DNA from: Eledone cirrhosa
Lineage: Eukaryota
Assembly (NCBI GenBank): GCA_964016885.1
Contig: OZ024740.1
Location: 130,262,001 to 130,326,000, forward strand
DNA: 64,000 nucleotides
Direction: 5' to 3'
A program made the translations under genes and the position numbers. This document shows positions 37,524-50,685 of this stretch, piece by piece. Under the pieces are notes generated by a model, which ran no database searches, was not told where the DNA came from, and was given only the letters and a program-made list of their open reading frames with translations. Position 1 is the first letter of the stretch. Each line of letters begins with the position of its first letter.

Positions 37524-38855
37524 TTAATTTATTGGCCACAAGGGCCGACATATAGGGGAAAATACAAAGACTGGGACAGTGGGGTTTTACAGAAAAATCG
37601 AGTAAACGATATGAATAATAATAACAAAGTAACAAGAAAAATACAACTAAAAAAATTCCCCAATGTGGGGGATGATCGCCCAGGGTTCCCTTAGGTACCC
37701 CGCCAATCCTGAACGAACCAACGCTTCGACAGCACTCTGGAAGGGCACCCCTCTCCTCCTCAAATTTACCCACCTACAGGCGCACCACCAGCGTAGCCCA
37801 ATTCACACGGTCCATTCTCGCCACATTCACCCACCTTTCAGCAAATGTACTGGGTGGCAGCACTTCTCTCTCCACCATTACCTTCCTTTCCAAGTGAAAC
37901 TTGAAAGAGTTGATGAGGGATTGGCCGAAGAGAAAAGTGTCTGTCTTCAGTCCTTTCAACCTCGTCCACCATACAACCTCTTTCGCTACTAGCACCAGAC
38001 AGGAAAATTGCCTGCCATTCCTGGCCAAAGGAAGGCGACGGGTCGATCGGCAAAATGGACTCGGCCGATATCGGATCCGTTCTACACGCGACAACAGCTG
38101 TTCGACATAACTCCACAAGTCAGTAATGCACGGACAGTGGACGAGTGCGTGCAGAACGGTTTCGTTGCTCTGCGCGCATATTGGGCCGGTGCGTCTGTAG
38201 AGTATATCTCGAACCGCCAGTGCCCTCCGGTAGCACTGCCAAGCGAGGGATTTTTTGGAAATTATCCATCGTCCCCGGCTCGAAAGTCCTCCGGAACAGA
38301 CTGGTTCGTTTTCTTCTTCGACTCCCAGAGCCTCTCCGAGTGCGTCGTTGCACTTCCCACCACTAATCCTCTATAGAAATCGAGAGTGGAAGTTCCACTA
38401 ACCACATTGCTCGCCTGGTAGAGGGCAGTGAGTGCCTGGCAACATTCCAGATGCCAGTCACCCAGTCTCGGTCTCTACTTGAACCAGGACTGCAGCTCAG
38501 TCAAAGAGACGAGCCGTCTGACAAACGGTGACCACACCTGTTCACCGTTTAGACAGAATATCTGGAGATGCCACAGCCTCAGCGCCTATCTGGGAATCAA
38601 TAAGTCGTTGTCACACGTCAGCAGGCATATCACTGGAGGATGTGACACAGCTATGTTTTTATTTCGATAATTTTTTAAAATGTAAAAAAGTTCAAATATT
38701 TGGGTCAAAAAGCCCAAATATTATACTTTCCACTTCACAGGGCAAAGTCCAAGGACTTATATACCTTACACAAGATCAACAAAATTCAATAGAAAAGATT
38801 TGACAGGTAAATAAATAGACTTACGAGAGCTAGAAAAGGACGTCGGTTCAGACCC
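37524..38855 (-). mobile_element. Internally deleted Tx1 derivative (copy D): 5' UTR joined to the 3' end of ORF2
   Basis: 37774-38590 matches the ORF2 C-terminus (VVWWTRLKGLK). 38640-38855 matches the 5' UTR of copy F (48845-49052). Confidence 0.75.
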
Positions 38856-38873
38856 AATAATAGCAATAATAAT

Positions 38874-39790
38874 GCTTTCTTTATTAACCAAAAGGGTTTA
38901 CACAAGGTAGACATTAAGGACAGTACAGGACAATACAGAACGGTACAAATGGGCATTTCTGCGTGTAGAAAAATTACAGAGGATGTAACAATAAACAACA
39001 ATGAAAAATTCCCCAATAGGGGGAGATTTCCGAGGGCCATCGGGGAGAAAGCCCATTAAAAAAACCCCAGTGACCCTGACCGCCAGAGCATTTACCCTGT
39101 CACAGTTTTCCACCTCCAATTTATAGGCATATACTCAGAGTAGGCCGATTCACTCGTCCATTCTTGCCTCTCTCACCCATCGTTCAACAAAATACTGGGA
39201 AGAGAGCACTTCCCACTCTACCCTGATTTTCCTTTTCAAATGAAATCTGAAAAAGTTAATCAGGGCCTCACCGAACAGGTAACTGCTCATCTTCAGCCCT
39301 CTCAGACGCGTCCACCATACTATCTCTTTCGCGATGGCCACAAGACAGATAAAGACTGCCTGCCCTTCCAGGCTAAATGAAGAGGACGGAGCAACCCTCA
39401 CGATGGACTCAGCTGATAGCCGGATGGGTCCTACACGCGACAGCAGTTGTTCGACAAAAACCCACAAGTCAGCAATGCTCGGACACTGGACGAGTGCGTG
39501 CAGGACGGTTTCGTCGCCCTGCGCGCATCTCGGACATGCCTTGATGACGGCACTTCCATGCCTGTAGAGTTTATCCCGAACTGGCAAAGCTCCTCGATAG
39601 CAGGCCAGGAAATTCTGGAAATTCTCCATTGGCTATTTGATTTTCGTCGACGCCTACATTTTCCCCAAGTACGTCGTCGCCGCTCTTCTCCTCTACTAAT
39701 CCAGTATAGAACGCCAAGTTGGAGTTTCAACCGATCACATTGCCCGACTGGTTGACGGCAGTGAGCGCCTGTAGACATTCCAGTCTCCAA
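38874..39790 (-). mobile_element. 5'-truncated Tx1 LINE (copy E, A/B family)
   Basis: ORF 39150-39629 LPVRDKLYRHG..CPRC..HALVQC. 3' UTR like copy A. Confidence 0.88.
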
Positions 39791-40105
39791 ATAATAACAA
39801 GAGAAGGAGAGGGAGAAAATTAACCGATACCAGGACTTAAAGTGGGAGGTAAAAAGGATTTGGAACTGCCATGAAGTCAATGTGGTCCCGATTGTCATAG
39901 GCGCACTAGGTACTATCTCAAACAGTTTCCAGGGATGCTTAAAGAAAATTGGCCCCGCCACGCTTATTGGAACGCTTCAAAAGGCATACTTGCTGGGAAC
40001 AGCAAGAACCCTCCGATACGTCCTGAATATCTGAGGCTGCAGGTAGTGGCTTGATATTCATTTCAACAAACTTTCCAGTTAATTAATATCAATGACTGAG
40101 ACTCA
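39791..40105 (+). mobile_element. 3' fragment of an RLE-type LINE (family 2)
   Basis: EKINRYQDLKWEVKRIW..VVPIVIGALG..LQKAYLLGTARTLR. 3' UTR shared with 44930-45005. Confidence 0.75.
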
Positions 40106-40129
40106 AAGAACAATACTAATAATAACATG

Positions 40130-42852
40130 ATAAACAAAATACATGAAAAGAAAATACAGTATAAAATCAACAAGTGACATAGATATGCTGAGAGAAATAA
40201 TCAAGCAAAAAGTGTCGGCCAAAGCTGCTCGTATAAGGCGCTTTGAAAAACGATCTAGATTATATAAGGACAATAATATGTTCAAAAACAACCAAAGAAA
40301 TTTCTACAGAAAAATTGACAATTCAACAATAACTGCTAAATCAATACCACCCAAGGAGAAGTGCATGAATTCTGAGAAAAGATCTGGGCTAAAGAAAATG
40401 TTCATAATATACATGCCCCATGGATAGACATACAAATGAAAGATACAGCTCACATTGAGGAACAAATATGGAAAAATATAACAGTTGAACAGTTGCGTTT
40501 GGCTCTTAGAAAAAACAGCAAATGGAAATCCCCAGGAAAAGACAAAATACCAGATTTTTTGATAAATGCCTTCACAGAATCTCATGCGCTGTTAGCCCCA
40601 CTTTACAATGAAATAGTTAAGGAGCCAGAAAAGATACCACCATGGCTAGTTAATGGCAATACATTCCTGCTTCCGAAGAATGATGAGAGAAACAATCCCC
40701 AAAATTACAGACCGATAACTTGCTTGACCACAATGTATAAAATTTTAACATCAGTCCTAACTGAATATACATATGACCACCTGATAACAAATGACCTGTT
40801 TCCCAATGAGCAGAAAGGGTGTAAACGAGGCTCATAGGGCTGTAAGGATCAGCTTTTGGTTAACAAAATGATACTGCAAGATTGTGATAATACACACAAA
40901 TCTATCAATTGCTTGGATAGATTATAAAAAAGCATTCGATAGTTTGCCACACAGTTGGATTGAAAAATGTTTAGAGATTTTCAAAATATCTCCCGTTGTC
41001 AGGAGGTTTTTGTCATTCAGTATGGAGACATGGAAAATGACACTCTTTTTGAATACTGAAAAAAAATCACTGGAGGCTGGAGAAGTTAATATTATTTGTG
41101 GAATTTTTCAGGGTGACTCTTTATCACCGCTTTTATTCCGCCTCGCACTTATACCATTAAGTAAAATGCTCAATGAAACAAAACATGGATATAAAGTCTA
41201 TGACAAAATCACTTGTTCTACATGGATGACCTGAAACTATCTGCAAAAAATGATGAACAATTGCAAGGGCTATTATCCATTGTGGCGCAGTTCAGTGATG
41301 ACATTAAAATGTAGTTTGGACTAGATAAATGCGCCAAAGCAACGTTCACCAGAGGAAAGCTGCTGAAAAGATCAGACATTAATCTTTATCGGGGGAAAGT
41401 GATAAGAGAACTTGAACAAGAGGAAACTTACAAATATCTAGGTGTTTGTGAAGGAGACGGAATCAAACACTCGACAATGAGGGAAAGGATAAGGAAGGAA
41501 TGATACCGCAGAGTAAGAAAATCTTCAGAACGGAATTGAATGCAAGGAATAGGATCGATGTCATAAACACGCTTGCCATACCAGTAGTAACCTACAGTTA
41601 CAATGCCATCAACTGGTCAAGCACAGAGATCCGCAGGCTCGATACAAAATTTAGAAAATTCTTAACCATGCACAGAATGCATCACCCTAAGGCAGATACA
41701 GATAGAATCTATCTCCCTAGGAAAGAAGGAGGACGTGGGTTAATCCAGTTAGTTATTGCGTTGAAAACTACAACAATTGGATTATCTACATATCTAAGGG
41801 AATCACATGATTGGATGATCAAATTCGTTTTGAAACACGAAAGCATCAACATATCATACTCCATTACAAAAGATGCACAAAGATACATTAATGTACTACA
41901 CATTTCAGAAGGCCCATTTACTGCAGAAATGGAAAACACAGAAAAAGCTAGGCAGGTAAAAGTAACTGCAAAGAAAGAACTGCTAAAGAAACTGGCTAAG
42001 AAATGGCACGAACGGCCTCTGTATGGAAAATACCCAGAAAGAGCTAACAATCCCGATGTTGACAAAACTTTAACCCATCAGTGGTTGGCATCCTCTGGAC
42101 TGAAATCGGAGACTGAATGACTGATTATATCAGCACAAGATCAGTGTCTGCCAACAAAAAATTACCAAGCCACCATAATAAAAAATGGATGCAACCCATT
42201 ATGACGTGTAAGTAAAAAACAACCATTGACCATATAATTTCAATGTACAGTCCTATAGCTCCAAACGAATAGCTAAACAGGCATGACAGAGCTGCATAAT
42301 ACATACATTGGATAATGTGTAAGCATTCTGACCTGCCCCATCAAAGGGATTGGTGGGAGCATCAACCACCTCCCATACTTGAAAAAAGATCACATCTCAA
42401 TCTTGTGGAACTTTAGCATCCAAACAGACCGTACAATAGATGTAAATAGACATGGTATAATACTGAAGGACTTTAAAAAAAGGGTATGCCTGCTAATTGA
42501 TATGTCCGTTCCAATAGACAAGAATGTATCTATAAAAACATTTGAAAAATTGAGCAAGTATAAGGACCTGGACATAGATATTGGAAACATGTGGAAATTG
42601 AGAACTAAAACAATACCAGTGGTTGTAGGCGATCTAGGAATGATACCTAAGGGGTCTAATGATTACTTATCGCAAATCCCAGGAAACACGCGTATAGGAG
42701 AAATACAAAAGATAGTACTAATGGGAACTGCCCATATACTAAGGAAGATTCTGTCAATATAAGTACATCACATGTCTAAACACCTAAAGATGCATCTGTA
42801 TGTATGTATGTTCTTTCTTGAACATGGCGGACCTTGTTGTCTCTTGATCACT
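40130..42852 (+). mobile_element. Degenerate R4/Dong-like non-LTR retrotransposon (RT + restriction-like endonuclease; family 1)
   Basis: WKSPGKDKI, YRPITCL, WIDYKKAFDSLPH, GIFQGDSLSPLLF, YMDD (~41219), RKEGGRGL, LLIDMSVP..EKLSKYKDL. Many stops and frameshifts. Confidence 0.88.
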
Positions 42853-43530
42853 CAGGTCATTCTTCCCTCTCTCACCCATCTTTCAATAAAATGCTGGGAA
42901 TAGAGCTCTTCCCTCTCTACCCTGATCTTCCTTTTCAAATGAAATTTGAAAAAGTTAATCAAGGCATCACCGAACAGGTAAGTGCTCGTCTTCAGCCCTT
43001 TCAGATGCGTCCACCATATTATCTCTTTCGCCATGGCATAAAAATAATAATAATTTATTTTTTTATTAACTACAAGGGTTGACACAAAGTATAACATTAA
43101 AGACAACACATGATAATGGGCATTTCTGGGTGTAAAAAATAAAAACAGAGTATGTGACAAAAAAGGAAACAATGAAAAATTCGCCAACACGGAGAGACTC
43201 CGAATGATGCTCGTGGAGAAAGCTTACAAGAAAAGCCACGGTTACCCTGAGAGCTAAGGCAAATGCCTTCTTCCAATTTTCCTCCTACAATGCTACAGGC
43301 ACACGCTCAGGGTAGACCCATTCACACGGGCTATTCTTGCCTCTCTCACCCACCTTTCAGCAAACTGTCTAGAAGTCAGCACTTCCTCTTCCACCCTGGT
43401 TTTACTCTTCATATGAAACCTGAAAACTTTAATGAGGGCGTAACCGTTTTCAACCCTTTCAGCCGTGTCCACCATCGCTCTGCGCGCATCTCTGACAGGC
43501 CCGGCTGACGGCACTTCCATGCATGTAGAC
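42853..43530 (-). mobile_element. Rearranged Tx1 3'-end fragments
   Basis: MAKEIIWWTHLKGLK (42852-43040), then a second 3' UTR with AATAAA at ~43060-43290 and ORF2 tail FAERWVREARIARVNG (43293-43532). Confidence 0.75.
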
Positions 43531-43564
43531 AAGCTGGAGAAACATGTGTCTGGACGATCTAAAA

Positions 43565-45005
43565 CTCATTGGGAAAAGTGAGGAGTTGGATGTACTTTTA
43601 ACGCTGTCCTTATTTTCAGCAATGATATATGTATGGAATTTGGTGTCACAAATTGTGGAGACTTACTGATGAAGGGTAAATTTAACAGAAGCAACGGAAT
43701 CCAGGTACCATCATGTGAGATGATAAAGGAAATTGACACCGAAGAGGGATACAAATATTTTGGTGTTGTGGAGGCAGATGGCATCAACAACAAATAAATG
43801 AAGAATTGATAAGATCTGAATATATAAGGAGAGTAAGGAACATACTAAAATCACATATAAATAGTAAGAATGTCATAACTGAAGTACATTCCTGAGCTGT
43901 GTCTATTATTAGCTACAGTACGGGAATTCTGAAATGGAATGTTACTGAACAAATGAAATGGATAGGAAGACTAGGAAGCTAATGACTATCTACAACATGT
44001 TCCACAACAGGAGTGATGTTGTTAGACTCTACTTAAAGAGATATGAAAGTTGAAAAGGTCTTATCATCATAGAGGACTCTGCACAAATATTAGTCCGACA
44101 GTAGGTAGACAACGCTCAAAGTTGTACGGAAGGAGAAGACAATAGAACAGGGAATGTCCAAGGAGGAAATAACAACAAGGAGAAAGAAAAAATTTCATGA
44201 AAAATCACTTCATAGCACCTTCTTTAAGAAAACGGAATTTAGAGATCCACAGAAATGAAATTGATTAAATAGAGACATTAAAGAAGCTACAGAAGGAATG
44301 CTAATGGCTGCACAAGAGCAGGGCCTCAGAACGAAGTGGGTGAAACACTATATTGACAGGGAGGAGGCTAGTTCACTGTGTAGAATCTGTGGGGAAAGAG
44401 ATGGGTGACTATGGCTCACATTGTATCCGAGTGTAAACACCTAGCCCAGACTCACTATGAAGGATGGAGACATGATAGGAAAAGTGATTCACTGGCATTT
44501 ATGCAAACTAAACACTTTACTACATTCTGAGAAGTGGTATTAGCATAAGCCAGAATCGGTGATAGGAAACGATCAAGTGAAGGTGCTATGGGATTTCAGG
44601 ATACAGACGTACAAGAAATTAGAACACAATAGGCCTGACCTGGTAGTTTTTGACAAGGGAAAAGATCGTGCCTGATTATAGATGTAGCCTGCTCATTTGA
44701 CACGTAAATGCAAGACAAATAGAAGGATAACATTTACCGATACAAGGATTTAAAGTGGGAGCTAAAAAGGATGTGGGACTGCCAAGAGACCAAGATCATC
44801 CCGATTGAAATAGGAGCACTTGTTACTATCTCAAAGCGTTTACAAAGATGGTTGAAGAACATTAGTCCAGCCACGTTTTTTGGAACACCCCTGCTGGGAA
44901 CAGCAAGAACACTGTGATAGATACTGTATATCTGAGGCTGTAGGTAGCCGCTTGTTATTGATTTGAACACATTTTCCAGTTAAATAACAACAATGACTGA
45001 GACAC
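43565..45005 (+). mobile_element. Heavily degenerate RLE-type LINE (family 2)
   Basis: MEFG..C, YKYFGV, EGMLMAAQEQGLRT, CRICG, RHD, VLWDFRIQT, NRPDLVV, IIPIEIGAL recognisable across frameshifts. Confidence 0.75.
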
Positions 45006-45022
45006 AAAAAAAAAATGATGAT

Positions 45023-48000
45023 GGTTTCATTTATTGGCCACAAGTGCCGACATATAGCGGACAATACTGTAGACGGGGAGAGAGGGTGTGTTACACAAAA
45101 ACTATCTAAAAAATATTAAAATATTAATAATGAAAAAGAACAGATGTTCACCAATATGGGGTTGGATAACAACACAGGGTTTCGTCATGTACCCCACCAA
45201 TCCTAAACCACCCGACGATTCGTGGGCACCCGGGAAGGCCATTCTTCTCCTCCTCAAATTCACCAGACATCAGGTGGGCCATTCTCGCCACAATCACCCA
45301 TATTTTAGCAAATGTACCACTTGGGGGCAGCACTTCTCTCCCCAGCCCTACCTTCCTTTCGAAATGAAACTTAAAAAGGTTGCTGAGTGATTGGCCGAAT
45401 AGAAAAGTGTCTATCTTCAGTTTTTTCAAACTGGTTCACGTTACAAGCTCTTTTGCTACTGACACACAACAGAGGAAAATTGCCTACCATTCCTGACCAA
45501 AAGAACGCGGCGTGTCGATTTTCACTATGGACTCGGCCGATAGCTTGATCCATCGCACACGTGACAAAAGCTGTTCGACATAACTCCACAAGTCAGTAAT
45601 GCACGGACACTGGTTGAATACATGCATAACGATTTCGTCACTCTGTGTGTATCTCGAGCAGGTCAGTCTGACATCACTTCCTTACCTGCAGAGCTTATAT
45701 CGAACCGGCAGTGACCCCCAGTATCATTGCCAAATGAGGTATTTCTGGAAATGTATCCATCGTTCCCAGATCGAAAATCCTCAAGAACAACCTGATCACG
45801 CCTAAAGCCTCTCCGAGTGCGTCGTCGCACTTGCCCACCACTAATACTCTATAGAACTCGAGATGGGAAATTCAACTGACTGCATTGACCGCCTGATGGA
45901 GGGCAGTGAGTGACTGGCAACATTACAGATGCTAGTCACCCAGTATCAGTCTATTCTTGACCCAGGACTGCAGCTCTGTCAAAGAGACAAACTGCGGAAA
46001 GGCCCGTCTGACAAACGGTGGCCACACCTGTTCACCGCTATGGCAGAATATCTGGAGATGACGCATCTTCAGCGCATGTCTGCAAATCGTTAGCCTCGTC
46101 ATGCCCAGCATTCCACGTAGAGAGTACAGGCAGCAGATGAACCGCCTCACCAACGGAACCCCTTCTCTCCACAAGAATTTGAAGAGGAGCCTTTCCAACG
46201 TAGTAAGGTGTGGACGGAGGCAAAGCATGACGGCCAACTGGTAATAGATGACAGATGTGAAGTGTGCCTTCACCACCTCCGCCCGACCTTTCAGTGACAG
46301 CTTCCTCGCAGGCGATTTCTGGATGTGACTGGATACCCTGCCCGTCACCTCGTCCCAATTCTTATCCAACTGGAGGTCTAGTCCAAACCAAACCCCGAGC
46401 AAAGTACATGCCCGTCTGTCCAGCGCCCAGAGACGCTGTTGTACGGCATGGACTTGACTCTCCAGATGCCGAGCTGCAAGCCCACCCACTTTTTCCGGAC
46501 TAATTTATCTTAAGTCAACCTTTTATATTCCTCCTACAAGGTACCGACCACCTCGATTTCTGAGGTGTCCGACACCATCACGGTTATGTTGTCCGCATAA
46601 GCCTACACAGACTTTCCGCGTCCTGGTTCGAGCAGGATGCTCTGCAACAGCTCCAGCTTCTGCAGTAAAGTTTCGAGAGTCAATACGTACAGAAGGAAAG
46701 AGAGAGGGAACCCTTGACGAAACGATCGGGAGGTCTGAAACGGTTCCGAGAGGTGGCCATTAACTTTGACCACCGAGCAGATGCCGCTGTGCATTGCAGC
46801 GATACAGCTACTGAAGATGGGACCGATGGCATCTGTCTTGAGGACAGCTTCCATGTAACGATGGTCGACCCTATCGAATGTTTTCGATTTATCTAAATTG
46901 GTCAGATCCCCACCGAAGCCAGGTTTAAACCTTGACCCCTCTATGATATATCACATGAGGTGGATATTATCGTGTATGGACCTGGTCTGCGCCTCACCAA
47001 CCAAATCTTCGACGACAAGCGTCAACTTCATCGCTAACACCTTTGGCAACATCTTAAAATCAGTATTTAGCAGAGTTATGGGCCTGAAGTTATCTAATAT
47101 GTCTCTCTTGTTCGAGTCTTTCCTATTCAGCATCCCTCAACCCCGGCTCACAGAAGTAGGAATACTCACGTTTTGCTGACAGTGGCAGTACAGCACTTCG
47201 AGGAGATCGGAGATCACGTCTGGCAAATTTACATAAACCTAGAAGAGCAGACCCTCCGAACCTGGAGGCTTGCGCCTCGTGCAGCCGAAAAGGGCATCCT
47301 GAAATTCGGCTGGAGTTATCGTCCTTTCGTAGTGCTCAGCGTTGCCGTTGAGAGACGTGGCGAGCTGTCAAGGTAGGGACTGAAGTCAGGTACCGACTCT
47401 GACCCACCACTCCCCACGAACAACCGTGCAAAATGCAGGCGAAACGACTCACACACACGCCTGGATTCTCTAATTTCGTGTGCCGCGTCTCGGTACGTCA
47501 AAGGCCGAATTCTGGTTTTATTACCACGCTGCGCCTCTGCCACACGGGCCCATCGAACAGCTTAGGTTCCCTCGTTTCTCAGAGCGCGCGCCTTGGCTCT
47601 GGCAATGCATACTTCGTGTTTAGCTTTGAAGAAATGGTCCAATACCATTGTCACTGCTAGCACGTCAGTTGAAATGCCACTACAAATAGCATCGTTTAAC
47701 TAAGTCACCAGATCCCTCTACGTTCTATTTTTCTCTAACTCTACTTCTTTGCTAAACCCTATCGAAATTACTCTAATCTCTCTTTTGACCACATCCCTTT
47801 AAACCTTACGTGTCGGAAATGACATTTTCCGCTTCTAGTAACCAGGTCCTAACCTAACATAGAGATCACAAACTTGTGACCTGAATAGGCGACCGTTTTA
47901 AAGCATAAACAGCCTACACTATATCTCTCTATTTTTCCCATGAAGATCCTGTCTATATACAATCTAGATGACCCCATGTGGTTGGTCCAGGTATACACTG

Positions 48001-49052
48001 GCGCATTAGGGAAATGTAGTTGATACCTGTCAGACAGTTGGAACTGACTGATGAGGTTCTTGAGGCTTTTTCACCCCTCGCTACTATCGGCTGCTCCCAC
48101 ACAATTTCAGCGTGCGTCTAAGATGCAGTTCCACTCCCCCAATAACGGTACAGAGCGAGACGTACCCATAAAAGCTTCCAGGCGCCTAAAGAAGTCCGGC
48201 CGTTCGGGCAGGGTTGGGGCATAGACGGCCACTAATCTAAAGGCACCACATTCACAATTGTTCACGTCCAGGGATAAGGATTTACCGTCCGCGTTACGGA
48301 TGATCAACCTTACCTCGAGATTCTGGCTTTTCCTAAACATCACTGCTGCCCCTACCTCCCATTCCTGCCCGTCTAGCAGATGCGAAGATCTGATAGTCGT
48401 CGAAAATGGCGGCTAGTGCGTGCGTGTCGCTAATCATGGTCTCGCTGACGGCAATTACATCCATTTCTAGAGTCCTGACGTCTTTGAGCATGCCTCCCTT
48501 CTTCCAGAACCACGAACATTTAAACTGTCTACACTTAATAAGGCCGGGGCCTTGTGAATGTTGGTTTGGTCACTGGTGCAGTTGTTTTGTTGCTGTCCCT
48601 GTTCATGTTCTTGGTGGTGTTAAATTCCTCCGCATTGTTTCTGTTGTCTGTCTTTTGGTTGTCGCTGTTACTGCTGTGGTCGGTGTTGTCATTATTTTTA
48701 GGTTAGTGTTCTCACTATTGCAGTTGTTGTCCATGGTCCATGTTGTTTGTGGTATATTTTTTTTAATGTTCGCCGTATCTCCCCTGTCAACGTTTAAGCC
48801 GCTGTCACACGACAGTAGACTTAGAGTTGAGGGGCGTGGTTCAGCCATGTTTTTTTGTTACTCGATAATTTATTTTTATAGACAAAGTTCAAATATTTGG
48901 GCCAAAAGGCCCAACTATTATAGTTTCCCCTTCAGAGGGCAAAGTCCAATAGCTTATGTCCCTTTCACGACAACAAATATTAACAATCAATGATTTATGA
49001 CAGGTAAATAAAGAGACTTACGGGGGCGAGCAAAAAGAAGTCCAATCTCACC
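45023..49052 (-). mobile_element. Degenerate Tx1 LINE (copy F, diverged subfamily, ORF1 largely deleted)
   Basis: AFRLVAVYAPT..GEWN (48107-48343), NFRPITLLNTDFK (46951-47133), RQGFPLS (46603-46854), LLGVWFG..NWDEV (45932-46489). Confidence 0.85.
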
Positions 49053-49199
49053 AATAAACAATAATAATGATGAGAAGAAGAAGAAGAAGAAGACACATTA
49101 TAAACGTAAAGTAAAACTGAGTTTTTTCTGCGCCTGTATAAATATTTTACACCGTCATTTTTGACGGCTTATATATTTGTAGTAGTTGCAGCAGATGCA

Positions 49200-49218
49200 A
49201 TAGTAGTAGTAGTAGTAT

Positions 49219-49266
<48 letters not shown>

Positions 49267-49279
49267 CAGTAGCAGTAGC

Positions 49280-49332
<53 letters not shown>

Positions 49333-49368
49333 TTATAGTAGCAACAGCAGCAGCAGCAGAGCAGCAGC
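49200..49368. repeat. (GTA)n/(GCA)n microsatellite
   Basis: Directly visible. Confidence 0.9.
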
Positions 49369-50685
49369 ATAATGCAATTTTTAGAAATATCTTCACATTC
49401 ATTCAGCTTTCATTGTTATTCAAGTCTAACATTTCTAAATATATATAAGTACATTTTCTACATCACATAATTATGACTTTAAATACAGAGATTCGTAAAG
49501 AGGTAAACTATAGAAACTATACATAGAATCAACAAGTACGTCATATGTGATGAGACAGAAGTAAAAACGTATAAGACAAAATATCGACAATCATTGTTTT
49601 AAATACAACAAGCAAACACAAATGGAAACATTGCAACAATAAACCATGAAACAACTTACAGTATGAGAGTGAAAAACAAACAAACATATCTACCTCTTCA
49701 ATTAATGAACATTTGTTTTCAATGGAATCAACATTAGGAGCGTTGTTTAATTTTGATTAATTGCATTTTGGTAACAAAATTATTAGATGTTACAATACTA
49801 ACAGTTTAGTTATAAATTTTAGAATGTGGCTGAAGGTGATGTTGTTTAAAACAAGTCGATTTTTGAATGCAAAGTGCATCAAATCTAATTTCCGCAATGG
49901 AATCTAATTTTATATTTGAATTATCTACACTTTCAACGTTGAACATTTACTGCACGGCATTTTAAAAGACGTACTAAAATATGTTGGTGGTGCTCTTGAT
50001 GGTTACTTTCAGAATGAAAGTATTATTGATGGAAGAGAATGAAACATAATAATTTCAAAAGTATCAAGATTTAGTTAATAGTTTTCAATGAAATTCATAA
50101 ACTTTGGAAAGTTTTCAAGAGACAAAGCAGGAAGAACGTTCCTTACAAATCCATAGAAAAAAAAATCGAAAACGAAAGACGAATTAAATCCCCAAACATA
50201 AATTTATATTGAATCAAAATAAATGTTCCGAAAATATTAAATTTCAGTAGCAAACAAGAGTGTTCAGATTGGTAAGGATTACAATAACCTACACATACTC
50301 ACGTATATATATCTATTTCCTGTCAGTCACTCGTCACTCCCACACCGTTTCACTCTCTCTCTATCTATCTCTTTCACCCTCTCTGTCTCTCGATATATAT
50401 ATATATACATATATGTATTGAATAGGACAGCATTGCTTTGCGCCACATAATAAATACATATATGTGCCCTTGTTTCATTATCGACTCAGCAAGGAGCAAC
50501 TGCAATGCACCGCATAATGTAACATAAGAAAAAAAAATAAATAAGAAAACGCTTTTTTCCTAAGTATTCCTCCACAATATATTTAAACATTGATTAGGTA
50601 AATATTCGTATAAAATAAAAACCCACTGCTAACATGCAAATGTCATGAACGAATAAAGCCTGGCAATGGACGTATGAATTGAATA

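Noticed and set aside
49700-50150. Possible host exon or pseudogene (short open stretch NVEHLLHGILKDVLKYVGG)
   Set aside because: No recognisable domain, frequent stops and no convincing splice pair.
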